Positions 52,849 through 64,000 of a DNA stretch of 64,000 nucleotides are shown piece by piece. Every line of letters starts with the position of its first letter. Position 1 is the stretch's first letter. Source of the stretch: the human T2T-CHM13v2.0 reference genome, Homo sapiens; assembly GCF_009914755.1 (NCBI RefSeq), contig NC_060947.1; one strand, 5' to 3'. Made by a program: the position numbers and the translations under genes. The notes below the pieces were generated by a model that made no database searches, was not told where the DNA came from, and was given only the letters and a program-made list of their open reading frames with translations.

Positions 52849-53410
52849 AAAATCATTGAGCGTTACTAGCCATGTGACCCACATGGTAATGTCCAAGGTT
52901 TTCTTTGACCACATATTTTCTGGAAGTCAGGATGACCTTCACCACTATCACTATAGGAGTGGCTAGATCAGCATCCTGAGGCTGGTAGCTGAGTGCAGCC
53001 ATTCCAGAGTCTAGATGAGCTTCAGCTGTTACTTTGGCCCTGTGGTCACATTTTTCTTCATACTCAGTTCACATCTATCATGAGTGGTATAATGGCAGAG
53101 CAGCTGGACACATTGTGTTGCTTCATTTGCTTAGACAATACCATCTGGGCTTGAGACTCGGCCCAGCGTTGATTCAAAAAACCCACAGTCCCCACAGCTT
53201 CATAAATTGGATGCATGATCTGCTGAGAGAAAGTGGTAGCGTCTAGCACCTATTTTGTTATCAAGATCTTCTTGAATTCAGAGAGGGCAGTGTGAATTCA
53301 TAATGCACTGGGCTAATGTATCTTCATATATATGAATGAAATTGTCAGCACCATGGTGATGGGACCACATATTTTAGGAGGACGTGTACAGGTAGAGCCA
53401 TTGACTAACT
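52849..53410 (-). pseudogene. Putative endogenous bornavirus-like L (polymerase N-terminus) remnant, EBLL-type
   Basis: Frameshifted minus-strand peptides vs recalled BoDV-1 L: YHFL/SQQIMHP~YYLLFRQVVLP; [18 protein letters not shown]~IGVLIRAAEAILTVIVS; [12 protein letters not shown]~NPRVRAQLELHI; LSYQPQDADL~VSYSREADI; LVTLNDF~LMTYNHF. All collinear. Manual alignment only. Confidence 0.75.
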
Positions 53411-54165
53411 GGTGCAATGCAGCCATTTGGCAATCAGACAAAAGTAACCTTTTTATCATTATCTATGAAGGACCAGACAGGGATCTGTAGACCCTGGAAG
53501 GGATGATCAAGAAGGCTGTATCAGCCTTAATCATTGGAAGCTTGAGCAAAAACAAGATCAAGAACCACTTCTAGAAGATAATGGTTTTGAGCACATTCAA
53601 GTTGTTCAAAGATAAGCTGTGATACCTGATGTGGTGGATGATATCTTTGCCCAAGAAGACTGTGTATTTTAGCTTGTACCTGGTCTCCAACAGTAACCTC
53701 TAACTGAAGAAAAAGCAATAGAAAGATATTGATCTGATCAACCTAGAATATATTTATCCCATCTGCCAATATCACAGGAAAACCTTTTCTGTATGTCATT
53801 TTGGGTGGTGGTAACAGGGTGGTCCTATACCATCTCACCATTCTTGTGTACTATCAACTGCAGCTGATGAGTACCATGTGGATAAGCATCATGAAGAAAC
53901 ACTTTTCTGAGTTGGTGCCAGACACAGTGTACAGAGCCCCTACCTACTATCCTACCTGGACCACAAGTATCTTGGCATCTGTGGTCATCACTCCAGATTG
54001 TGTGACTGACTTCGTGGGGGTTATGGCTTGATGGTAGGGAGACTTAGCCAGAGCAGTTAGAATATATTGAAATATTTTTAAATAAATTTGTTGTATCTCC
54101 ACTTTCTTGGAGAAACAACTGGTAATCACCCAACGGCTAGTATGCAAGTGACTCTTACTAATATT
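53411..54165 (-). pseudogene. Putative endogenous bornavirus-like G (glycoprotein, furin site and GP-C half) remnant, EBLG-type
   Basis: VTC...TSC..PRKWR..IQQIYL~[34 protein letters not shown]/KYIL~PVDYNGRKYFL; RPG; FLG..HHIRY~FLG..RRIRY; IPVWSFID~LPSFAFLN. Collinear across frameshifts. Manual alignment only. Confidence 0.72.
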
Positions 54166-54299
54166 GCTCTCTCTCTCTCCACATATGCATTAGTAATAAG
54201 AAAAAGAATAGTTATGAAATCAATCATTATCTGTAATCACTTAATATAACTTGGCATATAGAAAGTGCCCCAAAATTGGGAGCTATCATTATTGTTCTG

Positions 54300-54730
54300 G
54301 CACAGGTCTCACAACCACTCTAGGAATAAGTATTCTAGTTGTTCACATTTACAATAAGTCATCAGAGGCATACAGAAAGGAAGTGGCATGATAAAATTCA
54401 CACCATGAGCGTGTAGCAGAAACAGATTTTGAACTCAGTTCTTACTACAAAGCTCAAGTTCTTAACTGTTATGCTCTGCTGACCTGTGTGAATTTTGATA
54501 AAGGCAAAAACAATAATGGTAATTGGTAAGATATAGTGGGTGCTTATTATGTGTCAGGCTCTGTTAGCATTTCTTTATTTATTTAATCTTCACAACCATA
54601 TGTACGCATGATTATCATCCCTATTTACATGAGGAAACTGAGGTCCAAGGAAATGAAGTCACTTGTCCAATATCACACAGTGAGTAAGCAGATCAGGATT
54701 CCAATCTGTCTTTGATAACAAAATTCATGG
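54300..54730 (-). mobile_element. Two MIR fragments
   Basis: atccctatttacatgaggaaactgaggtccaaggaaatgaagtcacttgtccaatatcacacag. Confidence 0.75.
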
Positions 54731-55329
54731 TTATCAAGTTTTTGGTTATTCGAAAAAGCAATCATACACTAGAATGAAAACACAAACAATATAAAAGGGT
54801 ATAACCTAAATGCTAGGCTATAAATCCCCATTCCCACAGCCAATAAAGGCTGTTTGTCAGTTTATTATATATTTTTCAGACATTTTCTATTTATACCTAT
54901 ATGCATTTTATTTCTAATAAACATTAGTCTCTGTCCACTATGTTTTGCATTTTGATTTTTTTACTTAATATATCATAGAGATTTTCTTATGATTAAAAAA
55001 AATCTTCCAACAACATTTTATTGCACTAAATATAAAGACCAAGCTTTTTAATAAAGCCAAAAAGGCTCTTCATGATCTTGGACAGTCTTGTTCCCAGACT
55101 CATGTTGCAATTTACGCCTCATTTCTCTCTGTACTCTACCCACACTTTTCTTCCAGTCATCTTTCTATTGTTCATTTAAAATTACCGAGTATACACAAAC
55201 CTGAGGCACTATGCCTTTCTCTGCATTCTCAGCTACTAGGCATTATGCATTCTTTAGTGATCTGACTCCTGCAATCATCCTATAACCATTGCATTGCCAA
55301 CCAGAGAAGGAAAGAATGATTTTTAGAAT

Positions 55330-56340
55330 CTATCCCCTAACATGTGACTCCTGTATGTTATAGTGGTATGATAGAATCAAGATTACAGTGAGTTACACTG
55401 AAGAGGGACACTTAATATGGCTTTGTAGAATTAAGGAAGACTTTCTGGAAGAACCAACAACTGAATTGGAAGAATGATCTGATGATCATATGGAAGGAGG
55501 GAGAGAAAAAAATGCTCTAGAAATGAAGAAATACAAGTGCAAAGGTCTAAAGCAAACTGGTGGCAAGAGGAGCTATTTATCCTTTATAATCTCTATCGGT
55601 ACCATCACCAAACTACAAAACACACACACGCGCACGTGTACACACACACACACGCAAAGTTTCATTTATTATGGAAATGTAGCTTCAAGACAACACTTTA
55701 GCACCATTTTCTAACAATATTGCTGCCCCTAAAGTGTTTCAACATAGGGACTCTGGAGTCTTGAAGAAAGACCACAATATATTTCAATAGATGCAAATTA
55801 TTTACTAGAGATGGAGTACATTCTGTAATCATTTAGTAAGAAGAGGGGATAAACAGTGAAGGCAAGATATGAGGCTGGAGAAATAAGCAGAAGGCTGATC
55901 ATTCAGCATTTTATGAGTTACATTATAGTCAATGGACTTTATCCTGAAAGAAATGGAGGAAAAATTAAGCCTTTTATTAGGGGAGTTACATGGCCAGTTT
56001 TGTAATTTGTGCTTTAGAAAATCATTTTGGACTGTGCCATAAGAGTAGGAGTTTTGGAAGGGTAAAAAATGAAGGCAAGGGTATGAGTTGGGAGAAAGCC
56101 ATTGCAGTAATCCAGGCAAGAGATAATGATGGCTTAAGATAAGTAATGAAGTAGGATAGAGAAAAGTAGTTGGATTCCAGAGATATTTAGTTTTTAGATA
56201 CAGCATAAAGTGGCTGATTGGAAGGATTGAACAATCAAGAATGGCTGCTTAGCTTGAGCTGGCAGACCCGGGAAGAGATAGATGCAAATTTAAGGGAAAG
56301 AAGATAATTTCAGCTTTGAGAAATTTAACTTTAAAAATAT
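55330..56340 (-). mobile_element. L2 fragments with (CA)n at ~55620-55653
   Basis: ggactttatcctgaaag...tttagaaaatcattttggactg...attgcagtaatccaggcaagagataatgatggctt. Confidence 0.7.
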
Positions 56341-56836
56341 TATTAATAATTGAACATAGAAAATAATGCATATCATAAGTATAGAGTTTGGTAAATTATC
56401 ACAAAGTAAACACACTTATATTACAATCACCAAGGGTCAAAAAATAAAACATTACTAGCACTCTAAAAACCCCCTTAAGCCCTCTTACCAATAATTACCC
56501 TGACCCATTTACCCAAAGTAAAATAGTACTTGACTGGTAATATCAAAGCTGAGTGTTGCCCAGTTTTAATTCAATAAAAAATTATATGTTTTGTGTTTCT
56601 GGTGTCTGGCTTCTTTGGCTCAATGAAATTCATACTTTTTATTGGTAGTTATAGTGGTTTCATTTTCACACAATTTATTAAGGATTTCTACTCTTAGTAA
56701 TTGCATTCTTTCCAACATAAGATTATCACAAATAGGTTACTATGTGCATTCTTGTATATGCCTTCTGGTGCATATATATATATATATGAATTTCTGTTAA
56801 GTGCACAGCTGGGAGATGTATTTCTGGGTCATAGGG

Positions 56837-57233
56837 TGTTTTAGCTTGTTCCTGATGTTGTAATAAAATATCTGAGACTGAGTAATTTATAAAGAACAGA
56901 AACTTATTTCTCACAGTTCTGGAGTCTGGATGTCCAAATGTCAAGGTGCCAGCAGATCCAGTGTTTGGAAAGGGCTGCTCTCTCCTTTAAAGATGGTGCC
57001 TTAAACTCTGTGTTCTCCAGAGAGGATGAATGCTGTGTCCTCACATGGAAGAAGGATAGAAGAGCAAAAAGGATGCCCCCTTCAACCTCTTCTATATGGT
57101 TGCTAATCTCATTTGATGGGGGCTCTGACCTCATCACTTAATTACCTCCTAAAAGGCCCCCCCTATTAATATTATCACCTTGGCTATTATGCTTCAACAT
57201 ATGAATTTTGGGGGACACATTCAGACCATAGCA
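56837..57233 (-). mobile_element. MaLR solo LTR (MSTC/MLT1A-type)
   Basis: TG...CA termini, ggggacacattcagaccatagca end; TSD taggg/tatgg. Confidence 0.88.
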
Positions 57234-57754
57234 TATGGTATGCATAAGTTTCACTTTAGTAGACACTGACAGCCTTGCAAAGTGAGCAGTACATAAGAGT
57301 TCCAATTTATCTGAATACTTGTTGACAATGATTTGGTTAGTATTTTTAATTTTAGCCATTCTGGTTGGATTATATCTTATTGTGATTTAAATTTGCATTT
57401 TCTGATGATTAGTGGAGTAAAGCATTTTTCATGAGCTTGTTGGACATTGGGATATCTATTTTTTTGTGAAGTGCACAGAATCTATAGGTCTTCCCATCAA
57501 TAAACAAGATGTATCTTTACATTTTTAAGGTATTTTTTAAAATTTAAAGATATATATTATATTTTTATGTAGCTGTTTTGAAGAGGTTTTACTAGATTCA
57601 TTTCTATATATGAGATTATACTTTGATGTTATTGTCACAGTATCTATTTTTAAATTTTATTTTCTATTTTTTAAGATAGGAAAATTATAACATGATTTAA
57701 TTTTGAATATTGACTTTACATCCAACTACGTTGTTAAGTAAAGTTCACTTGTTC

Positions 57755-58115
57755 TTATTTTTTTATTTTTGTGGGTACACAGTAGGTGTATATATTTATG
57801 GGGTACATGAGACGTTTTGATATAGGCATGGAATGTGTAATAAGCACATCATGAAGAATGGAGTATCCATCCCCTCAAGCATTTATTCTTTGAGTTACAA
57901 ACAATCCAATTACACTGTAAGTTATTTTAAATTGTACAATTAAGTTATTATTGACTATAGTCACCCTGCTGTGCCATCAAATAATAGGTTTTATTCATTC
58001 TTTCTAGTTTTTCGTACCCATTAAGTATCCCCACCTTCTCCACAGTCCCCCACTATCTTTCCCAGCCTCTGGTAACCATCCTTCTACTGTCTATACTCAT
58101 GAGTTCAATTGTTTG
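57755..58115 (-). mobile_element. L1MA1/2-type 3' end
   Basis: gtgggtacacagtaggtgtatatatttatggggtacatgaga...cccagcctctggtaaccatccttctact. Confidence 0.85.
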
Positions 58116-59569
58116 ATTCTAATAGTTGGCTGTAGATTCTTTTGAATCTCCTGTGTAAACAATCATATCTTCTGAAACAGATGAGTTTTATTTCTTTCCT
58201 TTCACTTTTTATACCTTTACAACTATTTTTTTCTTCTATCATTGCATTAACTAGGACCTCCAACTCAATATTGAATAGTAGTTGCCTCAAGCATCAAAGG
58301 AAAGACTATTGATATTTTGCTAGTAAGTAAGGTAATTGTTCCAGGGTTTTTATGTACACTTTCTGAGATTTTGGAAGTCTCATTCTATTTCTAATTTGTT
58401 AAGGGTTTTCTCCTTTATAATTAAAGGATCTTGAATTTTATCAAATGTTTTTATTGTATCTTTTGAGATCATCATATGAGATGTATCCTTTATTCTGTAA
58501 TTGTAGTGAATTTCAATGAATGTTTTCCAAATGTTAAACTCATCTTGTGTTCCTGAAACTATCCAACTTCATGATGTATTATATTAATTATATATTGCTG
58601 GTTTCAGTATGTTACTTTTGCAACTACATTTATAATACAAATGAACCTGTATATATTTTTTAATGCATTGGCCTTGTCAGGTTTTGATGTTAAACTTATG
58701 CTGGCCTCACAAAATGAGTTGGCAACTATTGGGTTTTTTTTTTAATTCTCTAGAAGAGTTTGTGTAAGATTGGTGATGTTTCTAAATACGGAGGAGAATT
58801 CACTGGTAAAGCGATCTTCTTTTAAAGTAGATTTAGTTGTCTTTCTTAAAGAGTTGAATAATTCGATACATTTTTTCTTGTGTACATTGTATAAGTTGTA
58901 GTTTTCTAGGCATGTGTCCACTTTGTTGAATTTTCAAATTGAAGTTGCTTAAAATATTCTGTTATGATGTTTAATATTGGTAGGTTCAATAAAACTTTTT
59001 TTATTACTGTGGCGAGAACACTTAACCAAAGATCCACCCTCTTAACATAGTTGACTGCATGATACAATATTTTTAACCATAGAAACAATGTTGTATGCAG
59101 GTATTTAGAACTTATTTATCTTGTATAACTGAAACTTTACACCCATTAAACATCAACTCCCCATCTTCCCCTCTCCAACCCCCATTTCAATGCAGCTGTC
59201 CCTGGGTTTTATGCTTCTTTGCAACTTATCCACTAGATTCTGGACTTCTTATAAAGTTATTTGGCCCATAAATCCTTATTGTTAAATCAGTATTTCTGTG
59301 GAGGAACAACGACTGAGACTTATTCTGCCATCTTGCTCCCTTCCATTATTCTTATTATTCACAATATGCGCCTTTTCTCTATCTTTTGGTTCTTTCTTTC
59401 TCAGTCTTTCCAGGGATTTTTCAATTTTATGATACTTTTTCAAAGAAACGAATTTTTAGCTTGTTGATGCTTTCTGTTGCATGTTTTTATGTCATTATTT
59501 TCTGCTCTTTTTGCTATTGCATTCTTTTTGCTTCCCTTTATTTGTTGTTTCTTTTTTGACTTCAAATAA

Positions 59570-59915
59570 ATGTTGCATTGGGAATATATTGAGCCTCACC
59601 TGACATGCTGTAGGCATACCTTTTCACCCAGACATTGCTGTGGCAACAAACTTCACAAAGGTATAACTTCAGTATCTCATCTTACCTCACTTCATAGCAC
59701 TTCACCTCACTGGGTCTTTTCTTTCGTTCTGCAACCCCACATATACATGCAAATCTTCCCTTCACGATGCATACACATCATAGAAGTGTGAAGGGATTAA
59801 CAGTCCATGGAGTAAGTCGGCCAATGGAGGATAATGGCAAGAGGGGAAATGCTCCCATCTCTCTTCGCTTGAGCCTATAATTCTCAGGCACATTCTTCTT
59901 GACCCCTCAGATGAC
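59570..59915 (-). mobile_element. ERVL LTR16-like fragment
   Basis: aagggattaacagtccatgg...ggccaatggaggataatggcaagagggg. Confidence 0.5.
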
Positions 59916-61159
59916 CCCTCTTTATTCTTTTCTAATAAATGTATTTCAGGCTATACATTACACTTTAGTGTGGCTTTACGTGACTCCAAGTTACTTTGAT
60001 ATATTATACTTTCATTATCATTCAGTTGAATAAATATTCATTCTCATTTCTACTTATTTTCCTTTATCTATAGGTTATTTAGAAGAATATTGCCAAATTT
60101 CCAAACATTTAAGGGACTGAGTTCCTCATTATCTCTTTTGTTAGTATATTCAAGATTATTCCCACTGTGGCCAGATAGTATAACTTATAGAATTTTGGTT
60201 CCTAAAATTAGCTGAGACTTCCATTATTGCTCCGCATATGGTTAATTTGGTTGAATGCTCCAAGAATTTACATTATGCAGTTGTTTCCATAAACAGAAAT
60301 TAGATTAATCTTATTAACCATGTTGTTACAATTATCTATAATCTTAATTATTTTTATCTGTTTAATGCATTATTTAGAATGGAATGTCAATATCTATGGT
60401 TATGACTGAATTTATCTTTTTTATCTCTCCTTTTAATCTGACAGTTTTTATTTTATATACATATGTATATACATATATATATAGAGAGAGAGAGAGAGAG
60501 GCTATGTTGTAAGGGGCATACAAATATAGAATTGTTGTATTCTTCTACTATATTGACCCTTTATTTAAAAATATCCCTTTTATCTCTAGTAAACCTTCTT
60601 ACCTTAAAATCTGCTTTGTCCAGTATTAGCATTACTCCCTGAGCTATATCTACTTAATATTTGCATGATATATTTTTTATCCTATTGCTTTCGAGCTTTC
60701 TGAATTTTTATGTTTAAGTTGTATCTTTTATTAGAAATAGTTTTAAAATGCATTTGCAAACATTTTTCATTTGGAGAGTTTTTTGTGATTTTACGAAGTT
60801 TGGCACTTACTCTTTGATCTCTATATGTGAATTTGTCCAATGATTTTTTTTTGTCTTTTATAGCCTATTTTTAGAGTAATCAAATATTTTTATTATTCCA
60901 TTTTTTCCTGTATTAGCATATCAGTTATACATTCTTTTGTTCTTTATATTAGTAATTCATCATGACATTATTGTGTAGTATGTATATGCATAACTTATGT
61001 ACTGTTTTCATTCTCCTTCTTTTCTTCATGCTTCCATTTAGACTCATATACATATTTTTCTACCCAAAGAACACTCTTTTGGTATTTATTTTAGTACAAG
61101 GCTGCTGATGACAAAGTTTTCTAGTTTCTGTTTTTCTGAGAATTCCTTGTTTATACTTT

Positions 61160-61613
61160 ATTCTTTTTATTTGTATGTCTTTAGAGGGTAAAAGGGCAGA
61201 TTTCATACATGCATATATTGTGTAGTGGTGAAGTCTGGGCTTTTAATGCACCCATCACCTGAATAGTTTACATTGTACCCAGTAGGTAGTTTTTCAACTC
61301 TCCCCTCCCCGCTACTTTTATAGTCTTTAACATCTACTATTTCACTCTGTATGTCCATGTGTACTTATTGTTTCGCTCCCACTTATAAGTGAGAACATGT
61401 AGTATTTGACTTCCTGTATTTAAGTTATTTTAGTTAGAATAATGGCCTCCGGTTCCATCCATGTTACTAAAAAGACATGATTTTATTCTTTTTTATGGCT
61501 GAGTAGTATTGTTATATATATATATATTTATATATTTTATATATATAAATATATATAAAATATATATAAATATATATATTATAATATATATATATTATAA
61601 AATATATATATAT

Positions 61614-61654
<41 letters not shown>

Positions 61655-62712
61655 TTACACACACCCCACATTTTCTTTATTCAATCCTCTGTTGATGGAA
61701 ACTCAGACTGATTCCATATCTTTGCTATTGTGAATAGTACTGCAGTAACAATATGAGTGCAGGTATCTTTTTGATATAATTATTTCTTTCCCTTTCGGTA
61801 TATACCCAGTAGTGAGACTGTTGGATCGAATGGTAGTTCTATTTTCAGTTATTTGAGAAATCTCCATACTGTTTTCCATAAAGGTCATACTACACATTTC
61901 CACCGAAATTCTATAAGCATTCCTTTCTCTATGCTTCCTCACCAACTTCTGCTATTTTTTGACTTTTTAATAAAACCCATTCTGACTGGTGTAAGATGGT
62001 ATCTTATTGTGGTTTAAATTTGTACTTCTCTGATGATTGCTGATGCTGAGCATTTTTTCACGTTTGTTGTCTGCTTTAATGACGCACATTTAAAATGTGC
62101 CCATTTTTATACCAGTAAAATGCTGTTTTGGTTACTATAGGCTTGTAGTATAATTTGAACACAGGTAATGAGATGCTTCCAGCTTTGTTCCTTTTGCTTA
62201 GGATTATTTTGGCTATTCGGGCTCTTTTTTTGGTTCCATATGAATTTTAGGATTATTTTCTAATTCTGTGAATAACAATATTGGTAATTTGATAGGGATT
62301 GCATTGAATTGGTTGATTGCTTTTGGCAGTATAATCATTTTAACAATATTGATTCTTCTAATCCATGAGCATGAGATGTTTTTCATTTGTTTGTGTCATC
62401 TATGATTTCTTTTATCAGTGTTTTGTAGTTCTCCTATAGAGATCCTTCACCTCTTTGGTTAAATATATTTCTGTGTATTTTATTATTATTTTTGGAGCCA
62501 TTGTAAATGAGAGTGCCTTCTTGATTTGGTCCTCAGCTAGATCATTATTAGTGTAAAGAAACTCTACTGATTTCTCTACGTTAATTTTGTATCTTAAAAT
62601 TACTGAATTCATTCATGAAATCTAAGAGTTTTTTGGTGGAGTCTTTAGGGTTTTCTAGATAAAAGATCAGATCATCAATAAATAGGGATAATTTAACTAA
62701 TTTTTTGCCAAC
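61160..62712 (-). mobile_element. L1PB-type 3' portion with internal deletion near 62090 and expanded (TA)n at ~61513-61650
   Basis: 3'UTR gtagtggtgaagtctgggctttt; ORF2 remnants YKINVEKSVEFLYTNN and KLSLFIDDLIFYLENPKDST. Confidence 0.88.
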
Positions 62713-62739
62713 TTTGATGGTTTTTATTTTTTCTCTTGT

Positions 62740-63443
62740 ACATCTTTTTAAAGCGTCCTGCTTCTGGCCCATCAAAATCATGTGTGATTTTTTCATAGCC
62801 AACTTCCAAGGATTTACCTGGCAGGTCTTATGAGAGAAAGCTGCCCTGTCCTGACTAATCTTGGTGTACAGCCAGTGCATGGCAGTCACTGAAGGGAGTT
62901 GCAATCAATGACTCAGACCTCTCTGGCCAGCCATGCTTTTATGTATTAATATATTTGCATTCCTAACCCAGGTGCCTTTACTCAGAGTTTTCTTTATTTG
63001 AGACCTTTGTCCAGAGCCTTTCTCAGGAACTCTTTTAAATTCAGCTTCAAGAAAGCTTGAAGACACCTTTCTCCACTCTAACTCAGTACTCAGAACTTAT
63101 CTACTCCTACCCCTTCCCACTCCTGTCCTCCAACCTCTTGAGTCTGTAAAATCCCAAGAACCATTTTTTTCTTTGAGGTTCCTTCAGCAGCAGTGAGACA
63201 AGTCCAACATCTGTACTGATCCATCCAACCCTCAACGAGCGTATTGTTTCATGAGGGAAAATGGAGCTGAGGGAAGTTAGGGTTTTTTTCTTTTTTCTTG
63301 TTTTTTTTTTTTTGGTTTAGCTTCTTGCTTATATCATCAGGAAATGATAACGCCTTGAGTAACACTTTCATTTTTGGCTTGTTTCTTTGATTACTCCTAC
63401 ACCTGACAGTTCAGCTGTCTACAGCTCAGTTGAGCTCCTGACA
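62740..63443 (+). mobile_element. Probable old LTR, family not recognised
   Basis: GC-richer block interrupting L1 text and ending ...gagctcctgaca; left boundary uncertain. Confidence 0.4.
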
Positions 63444-63615
63444 TTTAAGATATTTTTTTACTCGGTGTAAAATTCTACGTTGGAAGTTATTATCTTTCAG
63501 CAATTTAAAATTTAATTCCATAGTTTTTGAGCCTCTACTATGACATTTTCCCCCATGGATTAGTTTGCTTTCATTTTTTTCCAGCACTTCCTTACATTTT
63601 GGCAGTACAGGGTGC

Positions 63616-63865
63616 TGTTAAATCAACTTTAGCTTAAAGCTGCCTCCTTACATATTTTAAATTCAGCCTAAAGGTTTCTCTGTGTATAGTGAACTATAAC
63701 CTAAATGGAGGTGTAAGCCAACTATAACCTACTCTTCTGCCAATCACCGAGTTTTGGCCAATCAAATGGGACCAACTGTTCAAACTGCGTTCAAATACTG
63801 TGTTCAAAAACTGTGCTCAATTAAACTCCTTTAAATTTAATTTGGCTAAGGATTTTCTTCTAATA
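63616..63865 (+). mobile_element. MER57-type ERV1 solo LTR with internal deletion
   Basis: tgttaaatcaactttagcttaaagctgcctccttacatatttt start; two CCAAT boxes; exact TSD gtgc at 63612-63615 and 63866-63869. Confidence 0.88.
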
Positions 63866-64000
63866 GTGCTATAGGCTCATCTTGTATATTTCCTTTCCCA
63901 GTCCTAGAACCAGCACTTTCTTCAAGGAGTCCTGGTTTCTTTTGTTGGAGAAAGGTATTAGGTGCTAAGTGTGCTCTTTTGCTCTATCATGTCTTTTTTT

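Larger units (their letters stand above)
56340..61150 (-). mobile_element. Fragmented ancient L1 (L1M-type) hosting MST, L1MA and LTR16 insertions
   Basis: Antisense ORF2 remnant LLFNIELEVLVNAMIEEK...IKSERKEIKL (58105-58290) plus T-rich L1 text. Confidence 0.7.

Noticed and set aside
53341-53625. Plus-strand frame loosely resembling a sulfotransferase or Rab-GDI (NLFIIIYEG..DL..STFKLFKDK) or bornavirus N (IIGSLSK)
   Set aside because: Isolated motifs with wrong spacing and no continuation; the minus-strand G-L reading gives many more collinear matches.
61513-61650. Long AT-only stretch and its I/Y-rich ORF
   Set aside because: (TA)n expansion within an L1PB 3' region.

Overview
AT-rich primate (most likely human) intergenic or intronic DNA, densely covered by interspersed repeats: Alu, L1 (including one near full-length L1PA), L2/MIR, MaLR and ERV LTRs, and a Tigger3 carrying nested insertions. 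I can support no intact host protein-coding gene, RNA gene or CRISPR array; most long or recognisable ORFs in the track come from repeats. The standout is a ~1.3 kb non-repeat segment on the minus strand (~52849-54165). Read across frameshifts, its decayed translation follows the C-terminal half of the bornavirus glycoprotein G (furin site onward) directly into the N-terminus of the L polymerase, with the native order and spacing. This suggests an endogenous bornavirus-like G-L element. The comparison was made by eye against BoDV-1 proteins as I recall them and needs tBLASTn confirmation. Other observations include a ~109-bp fold-back palindrome, a 53-bp templated copy 2.2 kb from its source, a 30-nt TSD-flanked micro-retrocopy and a THE1 provirus with discordant LTRs. 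Repeat subfamily names are pattern recognition, not RepeatMasker output.
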